From: a virus
Reading direction: 5' to 3' (one strand)
IMG/VR virus record: IMGVR_UViG_3300020171_000004
Location: 1,810 to 65,809 of that record
DNA length: 64,000 nucleotides
Below are positions 32,551 to 41,664 of this stretch, piece by piece (within the stretch, counting starts at the first letter, position 1; the number at the start of each line of letters is the position of its first letter). A model generated the notes under the pieces. It had not been told where the DNA came from, ran no database searches, and saw only the letters and a list, made by a program, of their open reading frames with translations. The translations under genes were made by a program, and so were the position numbers.

Positions 32551-33552
32551 TTGAATGGGATTTTTCAAATGGATTATACAGAAAAGATTGATTATTCATC
32601 CCTATCAACTTACATGGGATGCCCTCGCAAGTTCCTCTTCCAATATATGATGCATCTGCGTCCTAAAGGCAATTCCATTCACCTTGTCTTTGGTTCTTGC
32701 TGGCATTATGGTTTGGAAGTATCATACAATCTTCTTAAAGAACAGCAAAAAGATTCAACAAATAATCCTGCATTAAATGTAATGGATTTAACTATTGTTT
32801 CTGTTAATGCATTTAACAAACTATGGGCACTTGATGGTGCTCCATTATGGAAGGATGAAGATTTAATTTTTCCTAAGTCTCCAGGCCATGCTGCGAATAT
32901 GTATAAGCAATATTGGGAGAGATTTTTAGAGTCAGATCAAAAAAGAGTTCTTGCTGTTGAAGCGCCATTCGCGATTGATCTATCACATTATAGATCAAAT
33001 TTGCCTCGTTATATTGGTCGGATTGATTTAATTCTAAGTGATGGTGATGGGATTGAGATTTTTGACCATAAAACTGCTAAGGCAATCTATGCAATTACTC
33101 CACAAACATTTGAAAATAGTTTCCAGACAGATGGTTATCTTACTGCTGGAAGACTGTTTTATGAGAAGGTTCCAAAAATCACTTATCGAGTTGCTTTATG
33201 TCAGAAAAGTAAGATTGACTTTCAGCCAATTACAATTAGTAAACGCTCAAGTGCAATTGATCATTTTCTGTATGACTTGATATTTTATGTTGGAAAGATT
33301 CAAGAAGATATAGCAATACTTGAAGAAGACAAAGCTCGATGTACAGATCGTTCTGATCTTTTGAAATCATTCTACCGATGCTATGGTCAGGCTTGTACCA
33401 GTTTTATGTCACCCTGCACTTACTTTGATCTTTGCAGAATGAGAAACAATCCTCTTGCTTGGATGGATAAGCCACCTCAAGGATTTCATTATGATGCCTG
33501 GGACCCGGATGAACATGATGAAAAGATGAGAAAGCGCTTAGCAACAGTTTAA
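32551..33552 (+). CDS. PD-(D/E)XK nuclease of the Cas4/RecB type with a putative Fe-S cysteine set
   Basis: YMGCPRKF near the N-terminus, then GRIDLIL and EIFDHKTAK, then C-terminal CYGQACTSFMSPCTYFDLC. The start could instead be ATG 32569. Confidence 0.75.
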   Translation: MNGIFQMDYTEKIDYSSLSTYMGCPRKFLFQYMMHLRPKGNSIHLVFGSCWHYGLEVSYNLLKEQQKDSTNNPALNVMDLTIVSVNAFNKLWALDGAPLWKDEDLIFPKSPGHAANMYKQYWERFLESDQKRVLAVEAPFAIDLSHYRSNLPRYIGRIDLILSDGDGIEIFDHKTAKAIYAITPQTFENSFQTDGYLTAGRLFYEKVPKITYRVALCQKSKIDFQPITISKRSSAIDHFLYDLIFYVGKIQEDIAILEEDKARCTDRSDLLKSFYRCYGQACTSFMSPCTYFDLCRMRNNPLAWMDKPPQGFHYDAWDPDEHDEKMRKRLATV

Positions 33553-33578
33553 AGCACAAACATTTAAAGGAGTTTTAA

Positions 33579-34043
33579 ATGGGTAATAAACATTCTTCAT
33601 TAGCACAAGCTTTTTTATCTGGTTTAGCGCCTAACCTAAACGCTGATGATTGTTGGCCTTGGTTAGGAAATACGAATTATAAAGGTTATGGTGAATTTTA
33701 TTTTCAAGGTAATCGTTATAGAACACATCAATTATCTTATCAAATTTTTAATGGAGGAAATGAAAAGAATCTTTTAGTTATGCATACTTGTGATAATCCT
33801 TGCTGTGTAAATCCTAAACACCTAATTTTAGGTACTCATCAGGAGAATATAATTGATTCAGTTAAAAAAGATCGTTGGCATAAAGCAAAATTGAATGTTG
33901 AGTGTGTAAAAGTTATTAAGTGGATGTTGAAGTATAAGCCTGAAAGAGGTCTTGCATCTAAGTTAGCACGATTACATGGTGTTGGACGATCAGTGATTTC
34001 TGAGATTGCTGCTGGAAAAGTATGGTCTTTTGTTAAAGTTTAA
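33579..34043 (+). CDS. HNH endonuclease (HNH_3) with a C-terminal HTH-like tail
   Basis: Motifs THQLSYQIFNG and HTCDNPCCVNPKHLILGTHQENIIDS. Confidence 0.8.
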   Translation: MGNKHSSLAQAFLSGLAPNLNADDCWPWLGNTNYKGYGEFYFQGNRYRTHQLSYQIFNGGNEKNLLVMHTCDNPCCVNPKHLILGTHQENIIDSVKKDRWHKAKLNVECVKVIKWMLKYKPERGLASKLARLHGVGRSVISEIAAGKVWSFVKV

Positions 34044-34058
34044 TTATAGGTGGATAAT

Positions 34059-34850
34059 ATGGAAAATAAAACGAAAACATTAGTTCCACCAAATAAACAA
34101 AGGCTGGCAAATAAAGAGCGGAAATTTAATTTAAAATTTCTACTTACAGGAAATTCAGGATCTGGTAAAACGCATTTTACTGTTACTTATACTTCTGGAC
34201 CGATTCATTATTACATGTTTGACCATGGTGGGGAGAAAACAATTGAAAAGATTGCGGCAAAACGAACTGATATAACACTTGATAATTTTTCAAGCAGTAA
34301 GCAAATGTTCAGTGATTTTTGGCATCAATTCCAGGAAGATGAAAAAGCAGGCTTATTCGATTGGCTTGCAGAAAATAATGGCTTGCTTGTAATTGATAGT
34401 TTGACGAATGTTAATCTTAAGGCCATTGAAGAAATTGCTAAAAAAGCTGGAGTTACTCCAAGTGGTATTGGCAAGCGAATTGATATGAAACTTGGCATGG
34501 CTCCACCACATTGGGGTCAGTTGCTTAATTGGATGACTACTTTCGTTAGTACACTACAGGAACTTCCTTGTGCAGTAGCAGTGACAGTTCATTTGCATAC
34601 ATTGATGAATTCAAATCAAGAAGTAGTTGGTAGGTATCCAGCAGTTAATGGACAGTTCAGACAGCTTCTGGCATGTGATTTTGATGAAGCATATCTGCTG
34701 ACAACTCAAGGAACTAAACGTCAAATCTTCTTTACAGAAAAACTTAGCTTTGAAGCAAAATCAAGAGTATTTGATATGCCAAAAGTCGAAGGTATAACGC
34801 TCGATCAACTAGCTAAGGCTTATTTAGCTGGCAAGACAACTATTTCATAA
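34059..34850 (+). CDS. AAA_24/Sak4-like RecA-fold ATPase
   Basis: Walker A LLTGNSGSGKTH and Walker B LLVIDSLT. It sits in a nuclease/SSB-like recombination module. ATG 34059 has AGGTGG upstream. Confidence 0.65.
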   Translation: MENKTKTLVPPNKQRLANKERKFNLKFLLTGNSGSGKTHFTVTYTSGPIHYYMFDHGGEKTIEKIAAKRTDITLDNFSSSKQMFSDFWHQFQEDEKAGLFDWLAENNGLLVIDSLTNVNLKAIEEIAKKAGVTPSGIGKRIDMKLGMAPPHWGQLLNWMTTFVSTLQELPCAVAVTVHLHTLMNSNQEVVGRYPAVNGQFRQLLACDFDEAYLLTTQGTKRQIFFTEKLSFEAKSRVFDMPKVEGITLDQLAKAYLAGKTTIS

Positions 34851-34861
34851 AAGAGATTATT

Positions 34862-35119
34862 ATGGCCTGGAGAATATTAAAACAACCTAATGGAAAACTT
34901 GCAAGATTTTCTGATGTTGTTGATGATTTTACTCATTTTGATATGACTGAAGAAGAAGCAATTGAATTGTGTAGAAAATCTATGGGAGAACGTGATGCAA
35001 AAGAAAAAGTTTCACGTGCAGAAGAAAATGGAAAGCATTTCTTAGATGAGATTGATACAATTAAAATAGTTCATGGTAAAAAAAGATCTGAAGAATGTAA
35101 AATTGAGTTATCCACATAA
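34862..35119 (+). CDS. hypothetical protein, 85 aa
   Basis: Co-oriented, packed ORF. Confidence 0.6.
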   Translation: MAWRILKQPNGKLARFSDVVDDFTHFDMTEEEAIELCRKSMGERDAKEKVSRAEENGKHFLDEIDTIKIVHGKKRSEECKIELST

Positions 35120-35133
35120 TACGGAGAATTATT

Positions 35134-35319
35134 ATGGCACGTATGGCAAGACTTATTATTTATGATGCTGATGATCTTTCTTTAACAAAACAATTAGCAG
35201 GATCTTTGTCTGAAGGTTTACACGAAAAAGGTAAAGTAAGTATTATGATTATCAATCTTGCAGCAGATCCGCTTTTAAATGGTATAGTGCAAGATTTAAC
35301 TAAGAAACAAGATGATTAA
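35134..35319 (+). CDS. hypothetical protein, 61 aa
   Basis: ACGGAG SD. Confidence 0.55.
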   Translation: MARMARLIIYDADDLSLTKQLAGSLSEGLHEKGKVSIMIINLAADPLLNGIVQDLTKKQDD

Positions 35320-35326
35320 CAAGTGG

Positions 35327-35354
35327 GGTCTGAGAATATTTCTTAGATCTTTTT
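35327..35354 (+). terminator. rho-independent terminator
   Basis: 10-bp stem GGTCTGAGAA / TTCTTAGATC (two G-U pairs) with a 3-nt loop, followed by TTTTT. Confidence 0.6.
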
Positions 35355-35381
35355 AACAACAAATAAAAAAGGAGTTTTATC

Positions 35382-35807
35382 ATGTCAATGATCCCTAACC
35401 TGTCCGATATTCCTGACAAAGCACCAGTTGAAGCAGGTGAGTATGATCTTCGAGTTTTCAAGGTAAAGGAGACTAAATCTCAGCGTACTGGCCGTTATGG
35501 TTGTATGCTTGTTTGTGAGATTGATGGTGAAGATAATGCAAATAACGTCTTTCATACACTCTGGTATGGTAATTACAAAGACTTTCAGGGCGATGATGAA
35601 GAAAAGAACAATATGATGTGGAGAATGGTTAAGGACTTCTTGACTTCTCTCGGCCTTGATCCCAATGAGGAGACTGACGAGAGTGATCTTGTTGGACTTG
35701 AGTTCTCTGCTGATTTGAGTTTTAATGATGGAATGAGCACTGATGATGATGGCAATCCTATTAAAGTCGGTCAGCCCCGGAATGAAATTGCCAGAATTAC
35801 TGGTTAA
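35382..35807 (+). CDS. DUF669-like protein (putative ssDNA-binding partner of the AAA_24 ATPase)
   Basis: PVEAGEYDLRVFKVKETKSQRTGRYGCMLVCEIDGE resembles the DUF669 N-terminal pattern. Strong AAGGAG SD and an acidic tail. Confidence 0.5.
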   Translation: MSMIPNLSDIPDKAPVEAGEYDLRVFKVKETKSQRTGRYGCMLVCEIDGEDNANNVFHTLWYGNYKDFQGDDEEKNNMMWRMVKDFLTSLGLDPNEETDESDLVGLEFSADLSFNDGMSTDDDGNPIKVGQPRNEIARITG

Positions 35808-35837
35808 GCGTCAGATCAGTTTAGCTGATTAAACTTT

Positions 35838-35900
35838 GCTGTTCACTTATGAACGAACTGTTGAATGGTTTGTAAGTAAGTGAACAGCAACTTTCTTTTA
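35838..35900 (+). terminator. long-stem terminator
   Basis: Perfect 12-bp inverted repeat GCTGTTCACTTA (35838-35849) / TAAGTGAACAGC (35877-35888), followed by AACTTTCTTTTA. Confidence 0.6.
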
Positions 35901-35963
35901 TGTCAGAAGAGTATAAAATCATTTATAATATTCTTAGATAAAAGAAACTTTAGGAGACTTAAG

Positions 35964-36176
35964 ATGAAAATTAAAAAGAAATCAATAAGCTCTAAACCTG
36001 CAACTCCAGCACAGAAAGCTGCCAGAGAACGGAACTGGAACAAGGGTCAAGTTCTTTGCATACGAACTATTGCACATAATATACAAAATTCTAAAACAAC
36101 GAATGAAGTAGAAAAAACAATACTTGCTATGACAATAGATTCTTTAACTGCAATACTTGCGCATTGGAATAAATAA
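35964..36176 (+). CDS. basic 70-aa protein
   Basis: ATG 35964 with TAGGAG upstream. The track start at 35880 lies inside the terminator stem. Confidence 0.6.
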   Translation: MKIKKKSISSKPATPAQKAARERNWNKGQVLCIRTIAHNIQNSKTTNEVEKTILAMTIDSLTAILAHWNK

Positions 36177-36469
36177 TGGCAAAGCCCTTAAATGAAGCAA
36201 CCGGAACAAGAGAGCGTATTAAGTATGATGGTGATATAATTTATGTATTTATTTCATGTGAAGCAAAAGAAATATTCATATCTTCAGTAAATGATCAAAT
36301 TCCTAAAGTTGCTGCTATATATGATTCTTTGACTCGAATAATTTCACTTGCTTGGCAGAATAATGATATTGAAAATGTAGTTAATCAATTACATAGATCA
36401 AGTCGAAGTCAGTTTGATCTCCCAGGATTGCTTGCAGAATTATTAATTCAAAAACAAGAATCAGAATAA
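36176..36469 (+). CDS. small protein, possibly TSCPD-domain-like
   Basis: AKEIFISSVND ... LTRIISLAWQNN loosely resembles the C-terminal TSCPD module of class II ribonucleotide reductases. This is a weak call. Confidence 0.3.
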   Translation: MAKPLNEATGTRERIKYDGDIIYVFISCEAKEIFISSVNDQIPKVAAIYDSLTRIISLAWQNNDIENVVNQLHRSSRSQFDLPGLLAELLIQKQESE

Positions 36470-36478
36470 GGACAAGTT

Positions 36479-38248
36479 ATGAATAAAACTGAACTTGAAA
36501 AAGCGATAGAAGAAGCTAACATGGCTTACTCTGCAGGTATTCCTTTCATAACTGATGAAGAGTATGATATTCTATGGCAAGCACTTTATGCTATTGATCC
36601 AAATCATCCACTGCTTTATCATACTGCTCAGACTCATCAACAAGTTCATAATAAATCTTGGCACAAGCATCAAATCTTTGGAACAAACAAAGCATTTGGT
36701 ATGGAAGATCTTAAGCCATTCTTAATGAGGTTTGGTAGCGAGTGGCTTGTCATTGAGCCAAAATACGATGGTTGTGCAGCAGTTATTGCTATGGAGAAAT
36801 CTGGCCTAACTGTGACTCTTGAAGGTGATGGTAAATGCGGTAGTGATGTTACTCACCTTTTGCCATTCATTAATATTGATTTTCAATTAAGAAACTTTCA
36901 GCCAGTTGAACTTCTTTTACCTATTGCTGAATGGAATCCTGAGTATGGTAAGAATCCTCGTAATGTTGTTGCTGGATGGTTAGCTCGGAAGTATGAAACT
37001 CCTAGTGCTATGATGACAGCAGTTGCTCATAACTTTGGTAACTTATCAAAAGATTATAAGTATGATGGAGATTTAGATTCTCTTGGCGAACTGCTTATTG
37101 AGACTCATGCAGAATGGTCAAAGATCTATCCTATTGATGGATTGATGCTTAAGATCAAAGATGAAAAGTCTCGCTTGATTGCAGGAAATAATGGTACAAC
37201 GAGTGCTTGGTCAATTGCTTGGAAGCCACCTATTCAAATCAAGGAAACTACTGTTATCGAAAGAGAATGGAATGTATCTCGATTAGGGAGAGTTGTTCCC
37301 ACAGTTATTTATACATCAATAGAATTATGTGGAACAACAAATTCTCGTGTAACTTGTAATAATGCAAAATGGTTATTAGATAGAAAAATTCATGTAGGGT
37401 CAAAGATAACTGTTGGTAAAGCCGGAGAAATAATTCCCAAAATAATTGAAATACAAAATATTAATCCTATTGATGAAACTACATTAGTCCCAACCAATTG
37501 CCCTACGTGCGGAGATTTTCTTGCTTGGGAAGGTGTTCATTTAGTCTGTAACGGTGCAAATTGTATATCTCAAAAGATTGTCTCTATTGCTTATTTTTAC
37601 TCAGCAAAAGGTATAAAAGTTGATGGCATAGGCGAGGCAATGATTGAAAAACTCCTGAATAATGCAAATTGTTATAAGGTTTTGATATCTAAGCCATGGG
37701 CATTACTTGATATGGTGTCATATGATCTTATCCCTGATGTGATTGCTGTGCTTGGACAAGTTCTTACCAGTAATATCCTGCGTGATGTTAACTTAGTTAA
37801 TGAAACTAAAAACATGGCGCATTTTATGGCTGGTTTAGGTATTCAAGGATTAGCTTTCAAATCAGCTCTTAAGCTATGTCAATATATTAAAACTGGAAAA
37901 ATGTCTAGTGGAGTGCCAAGTAAAGCAATAGCTAGTTTTTTCGAGGCTGCAAGGCTTTATACAGAAGCTGTAGCTGAAATGAAAGTCTTTAAGTTTGCTG
38001 ACATTCCAAGCCCTGCTAAAGCAAAGTACTGCATCACAGGTAGTTTAAGTATGTCTCGTGATGAAATGATTGAATTTCTTGATGATTATAGTTTCGGCTT
38101 TTCTCCTACAGTTACAATGGATACGAATTATTTGATTGTCGGTGATGAGGCTGGAAAGACAAAAATCAATAAGGCTATAAAGTATAATGTTCCACAGATA
38201 ACTGAAGCGCAACTAATGAACATAATTAAGGAGAAGTCAAATGAGTGA
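36479..38248 (+). CDS. ligA: NAD-dependent DNA ligase
   Basis: Ia-domain pattern YSAGIPFITDEEYDILW, adenylation motif EPKYDGCA, zinc finger CPTCGDFLAWEGVHLVCNGANC, and a BRCT-like tail KYCITGSLSMSRDEMIEFL. Confidence 0.85.
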   Translation: MNKTELEKAIEEANMAYSAGIPFITDEEYDILWQALYAIDPNHPLLYHTAQTHQQVHNKSWHKHQIFGTNKAFGMEDLKPFLMRFGSEWLVIEPKYDGCAAVIAMEKSGLTVTLEGDGKCGSDVTHLLPFINIDFQLRNFQPVELLLPIAEWNPEYGKNPRNVVAGWLARKYETPSAMMTAVAHNFGNLSKDYKYDGDLDSLGELLIETHAEWSKIYPIDGLMLKIKDEKSRLIAGNNGTTSAWSIAWKPPIQIKETTVIEREWNVSRLGRVVPTVIYTSIELCGTTNSRVTCNNAKWLLDRKIHVGSKITVGKAGEIIPKIIEIQNINPIDETTLVPTNCPTCGDFLAWEGVHLVCNGANCISQKIVSIAYFYSAKGIKVDGIGEAMIEKLLNNANCYKVLISKPWALLDMVSYDLIPDVIAVLGQVLTSNILRDVNLVNETKNMAHFMAGLGIQGLAFKSALKLCQYIKTGKMSSGVPSKAIASFFEAARLYTEAVAEMKVFKFADIPSPAKAKYCITGSLSMSRDEMIEFLDDYSFGFSPTVTMDTNYLIVGDEAGKTKINKAIKYNVPQITEAQLMNIIKEKSNE

Positions 38249-38462
38249 AAAGGATTGTAAAGTAACTGCCAGAATTGAGGAAGAATTATATACGATGATA
38301 CAAGATAATTTCCATCATGGTCAGCAGACATTATTCTTTAGGACTGTGTTTAGATCACTGAAAGAAATTATTAAGGCAGATCGCTTCAATGATATTACTG
38401 ATTATCTTTATAAAGGAAAGCCACTTACTTTACCTGCGATTGATAGCTTTAATAAGGATTAA
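38241..38462 (+). CDS. hypothetical protein, 73 aa
   Basis: Overlaps the ligase stop by 8 nt and is co-oriented. Confidence 0.55.
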   Translation: MSEKDCKVTARIEEELYTMIQDNFHHGQQTLFFRTVFRSLKEIIKADRFNDITDYLYKGKPLTLPAIDSFNKD

Positions 38463-38465
38463 GTT

Positions 38466-38957
38466 ATGACTGAAAAAGAAAAACTCGTAAAGTTCACTCG
38501 TGACTTAATGAATAAATGGGTTTTACAAAAGTATTGGAACGGGGAGCCTTGTGAAAGAGCAATAAATCCTGAAGAATTAGTAGATCAATATATTAATGAG
38601 CAGAGGAATGTGCATCTTGGTGCAGCAATGTTTTGCTTGATTAATCTTTATAATACTGATATGAACTTTCCTGAGCTTGATGATCGGCCATTGAAACAGT
38701 TAGAAAAATATAAGGAGAAAACTAAAGATAGGAAGACAAAACCTAATGTAAAGTTTTCTCATGCTTTTGAGTCATTTATCAAGGAAGAATTTCTTACTCA
38801 AGATAGTATAAAAACATTTACTTTAAAAGAATTAGTAGGAAGAACATTAGAAATAACTGCTTTTGATATTAATCCTTTGACTTGTAAAGTTGATAAATTA
38901 TATTTTGCTCAGGATTTAAAATCTAATGAAATTTTTCTTTTAGCTGAGGAATTATAA
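38466..38957 (+). CDS. hypothetical protein, 163 aa
   Basis: AAGGA SD. Confidence 0.7.
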   Translation: MTEKEKLVKFTRDLMNKWVLQKYWNGEPCERAINPEELVDQYINEQRNVHLGAAMFCLINLYNTDMNFPELDDRPLKQLEKYKEKTKDRKTKPNVKFSHAFESFIKEEFLTQDSIKTFTLKELVGRTLEITAFDINPLTCKVDKLYFAQDLKSNEIFLLAEEL

Positions 38958-38970
38958 CAGGAGATAAGTC

Positions 38971-39249
38971 ATGCCACTTATGGATCGAATATATTGCAAA
39001 TCATTTCTTGAAATGCATTATACTGAACAGTTAGGTTTAGTTGAAAAAGTCAGAACGATCAGAAGCTCTGCAATGAATGAAGCTCTAGTTAGTTCTAAGA
39101 CTATTTCTAAGGCAGGAATAAAAAGAGCATCTGCTAAGTCTGGAAAGACAAGAGCACCAAAAGATATAACTAAGACAGCTAATGCTGCTCTTGCTAAGTT
39201 AAGTCCAGAACAAATCGAATTAATTAAAAAACAATTTGCAGGTAATTAA
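38971..39249 (+). CDS. 92-aa protein with a Lys-rich linker and a C-terminal LSPEQIELI motif
   Basis: CAGGAG SD. The C-terminus is KTANAALAKLSPEQIELIKKQFAGN. Confidence 0.65.
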   Translation: MPLMDRIYCKSFLEMHYTEQLGLVEKVRTIRSSAMNEALVSSKTISKAGIKRASAKSGKTRAPKDITKTANAALAKLSPEQIELIKKQFAGN

Positions 39250-39250
39250 T

Positions 39251-39478
39251 ATGAAATTATCATCTAGATATATTATAGGTAATTGGATTAATAATAAAGT
39301 TAGTCTTATAAATATTGAAAGAGCTTTAGAATTACCTTTTAATAGTTTGATTAATTTTTATAATTCAGAAGGTCCAGCTGAGCCTGGATTAGAAACATTA
39401 CTTAATATAATAAATTGTTTTCCAAGTTTACTTGATATAGCAGATAATAAATTTAATATTGAAAATAAGGATAAATAA
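39251..39478 (+). CDS. small HTH (XRE-like) protein candidate
   Basis: ATG 39251 directly follows the upstream TAA. IGNWINNKVSLINIERALELPFNSLINFYN is HTH-like. It lies immediately upstream of the methyltransferase. Confidence 0.45.
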   Translation: MKLSSRYIIGNWINNKVSLINIERALELPFNSLINFYNSEGPAEPGLETLLNIINCFPSLLDIADNKFNIENKDK

Positions 39479-40930
39479 ATGCAACTCTTTCAGATAGAAT
39501 CAAAAAAAATAACTGAAATCATTATCAAGGATCGTGCAAGAACTGTAGTCGGTGATATTTCTTCACTTGCAAACTCAATCAAGATGGTCGGGCAGCTCAG
39601 TCCAATTTTGATTGATGAAAACAATGTACTAATTGATGGTCTTCACAGGATTGAAGCTGTTAAAAGTCTTGAAATCGAAACCATTGAAGCACGAGTAGTC
39701 TTTGGTATTACTCAAGATGACCATGTACTGATTGAAATGCTTTCTAATATGGATCGGAAAGAATTTGCTTGGCATGAAGAAATAGAACTCAAGTACAAGC
39801 TGCATAATTATTGGAAAGATCATGCAGAAAAAGATGGACAGACTTGGGGTTATCGAGAGACTGCGAAGCGGCTTTATTGCAGTTTGGGTGGCTTGTCAAC
39901 TGACTTGGCTTTTGCTGAAGCATTGAAGATTTTCCCTGAACTGAAAGAACAAACAACTAAAGGCAGAGCAAGAGAACTTTATAAAGCATTTGGTAATCAA
40001 GCTACTGCAATTCAGCGGATGGATAGCTTCACTGATGTTGAGAAGGAACGCTTGAAAGATCTTCAATCAGGTAACTTTCAGATACCAAAGAAAACTACTG
40101 CACCAAAGCCAGCAGCAGCAAAGATTTCTTCAGATTCTTCATCAGAGGATCTTTCATCTATGACTCTTTCAGATGATGGTTTAGATGACGATTTTGCTGA
40201 TGAAGAAGAAAAAGAAGTTCTTCAGAATATCAGTGTTATTTATGTAGCTGAAAACTATAAGACTTTCCTAGACAAGATTCCTGATAATTCAGTAGGTTTA
40301 GTTGAACTTGATCCACCGTATGCTATTGGTTTTAATGAGAACTATGGCAAGACAAATGGCATCACTAGCAAGGCAACTGATTGGGATGAAAAAGAACTTT
40401 ATAACTTTTACTTCAATTACCTACCACTTATCTATAACAAGATGCTTGATGGTAGTTGGGTACTTTGCTGGACTGGTAAAGAACATTATACTGAAATTAA
40501 TAAGATTGCTGAAAGTATTGGATTTCAAACTCAGCAGCCAGGTGCATGGATAAAGTCTGGTGGAAGTACCAATCAGCCAAAGAGAAGTTTGGTTAGTAAC
40601 TGGGAAATGTACTTGCTGTTCAGGAAAGGAAATGCACAGTTTAATACACCAAGCCTTCCAAGTGCTATAAATATTGACTCAGGTAATTCTGCTAATCGTA
40701 TTCATCAGTGGGAAAAACCAGTCAAGCTGTATGATCATTTCTTTAAAGCATTATGTAAGCCAGGGACTATTTTCTTGAGTCCTTTTGCTGGTTCAGGAAA
40801 TTGTCTTATCAGTGCAGCAAAGACAAGAATGATGCCTATCGGTTGCGATAAGAGTCAAAAGTATATTCCAGAATTTTATCAGCGACTTGAACAATACACT
40901 GGAATTTCAGCAGACATTAGTGGACTTTAA
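39479..40930 (+). CDS. ParB-like nuclease domain fused to a beta-class N6A/N4C DNA methyltransferase
   Basis: ParB motif LSPILIDENNVLIDGLHRIEAV, motif IV VELDPPYAIGF, then motif I FLSPFAGSGN at the C-terminus. Confidence 0.85.
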   Translation: MQLFQIESKKITEIIIKDRARTVVGDISSLANSIKMVGQLSPILIDENNVLIDGLHRIEAVKSLEIETIEARVVFGITQDDHVLIEMLSNMDRKEFAWHEEIELKYKLHNYWKDHAEKDGQTWGYRETAKRLYCSLGGLSTDLAFAEALKIFPELKEQTTKGRARELYKAFGNQATAIQRMDSFTDVEKERLKDLQSGNFQIPKKTTAPKPAAAKISSDSSSEDLSSMTLSDDGLDDDFADEEEKEVLQNISVIYVAENYKTFLDKIPDNSVGLVELDPPYAIGFNENYGKTNGITSKATDWDEKELYNFYFNYLPLIYNKMLDGSWVLCWTGKEHYTEINKIAESIGFQTQQPGAWIKSGGSTNQPKRSLVSNWEMYLLFRKGNAQFNTPSLPSAINIDSGNSANRIHQWEKPVKLYDHFFKALCKPGTIFLSPFAGSGNCLISAAKTRMMPIGCDKSQKYIPEFYQRLEQYTGISADISGL

Positions 40931-40943
40931 AAGGAGGAGTAAT

Positions 40944-41123
40944 ATGGATAACATATATTTACATAAATCATTCTTAAGAATGTATTTAAGAATTTTTACA
41001 TTTGCTATTATAATGCCTTTAAATGGATATATATTTTTAAAATATTGGTGGCTTGGTCTAGTTCTAATAATTCTACAATTACCAAGTTTTATATCTCGAG
41101 AGTATCTTACTAGGCATATATGA
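40944..41123 (+). CDS. 59-aa two-TM membrane peptide
   Basis: ATG 40944 with AAGGAGGAG upstream. Hydrophobic stretches IFTFAIIMPL and WWLGLVLIILQL. Confidence 0.55.
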   Translation: MDNIYLHKSFLRMYLRIFTFAIIMPLNGYIFLKYWWLGLVLIILQLPSFISREYLTRHI

Positions 41124-41156
41124 TGATTATAAGATAATTTAATATGGAGAATAAAT

Positions 41157-41426
41157 ATGTCAAAATATGAATCGGGGAAGATAATGCCTGAAGAAAGACC
41201 TCCTGATAAGGGTCAGTTCTGTTGTATGCACAAAAATGTTGTTCCGCTTGAAATAGGTTTTGCCACAAAGTCCTGGCCGAATGGTTATAAGAATGAACCA
41301 AATTATAATTTTGCTGTAGGTATTCTAACTTCAAACATAATCAGAGTAAAAAGTTATCTTTGCTTGGATTGTAAGCATGAAATTAAAGCCCCGAACCCAG
41401 GTCAAATCAAAAAGGATAGGTTATAG
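41157..41426 (+). CDS. small Cys-containing protein, 89 aa
   Basis: Contains CCMHKN and CLDCKHE. TGGAG SD. Confidence 0.6.
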   Translation: MSKYESGKIMPEERPPDKGQFCCMHKNVVPLEIGFATKSWPNGYKNEPNYNFAVGILTSNIIRVKSYLCLDCKHEIKAPNPGQIKKDRL

Positions 41427-41462
41427 AATGATATCAGCTACATTAAAAATGGAAATAACATA

Positions 41463-41645
41463 ATGTTTATTTTAATTAAATCAAAAGAGAATGTATTTTA
41501 TATAGTAAGAAAGGATGATATTAGAATAATTCATTCTCATCCTAATAATGAATCTGTTATTCGTTTTACAGATGAATCTAAAAATACTCCTATAGTAATA
41601 AATGGAACACCTGAAGATTTTTTTAATACTCACTTTGTAAAATAA
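41463..41645 (+). CDS. hypothetical protein, 60 aa
   Basis: Co-oriented ORF. Confidence 0.5.
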   Translation: MFILIKSKENVFYIVRKDDIRIIHSHPNNESVIRFTDESKNTPIVINGTPEDFFNTHFVK

Positions 41646-41664
41646 TTTTTATAGGAATATAATA

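Noticed and set aside
35880-35963. The upstream extension of ORF 35880..36176 (and similar extensions at 21962, 23940, 40887 and 47497).
   Set aside because: The extensions start inside terminator stems or non-coding islands and lack an SD. Internal ATGs with good SD sequences give compact, non-overlapping genes.
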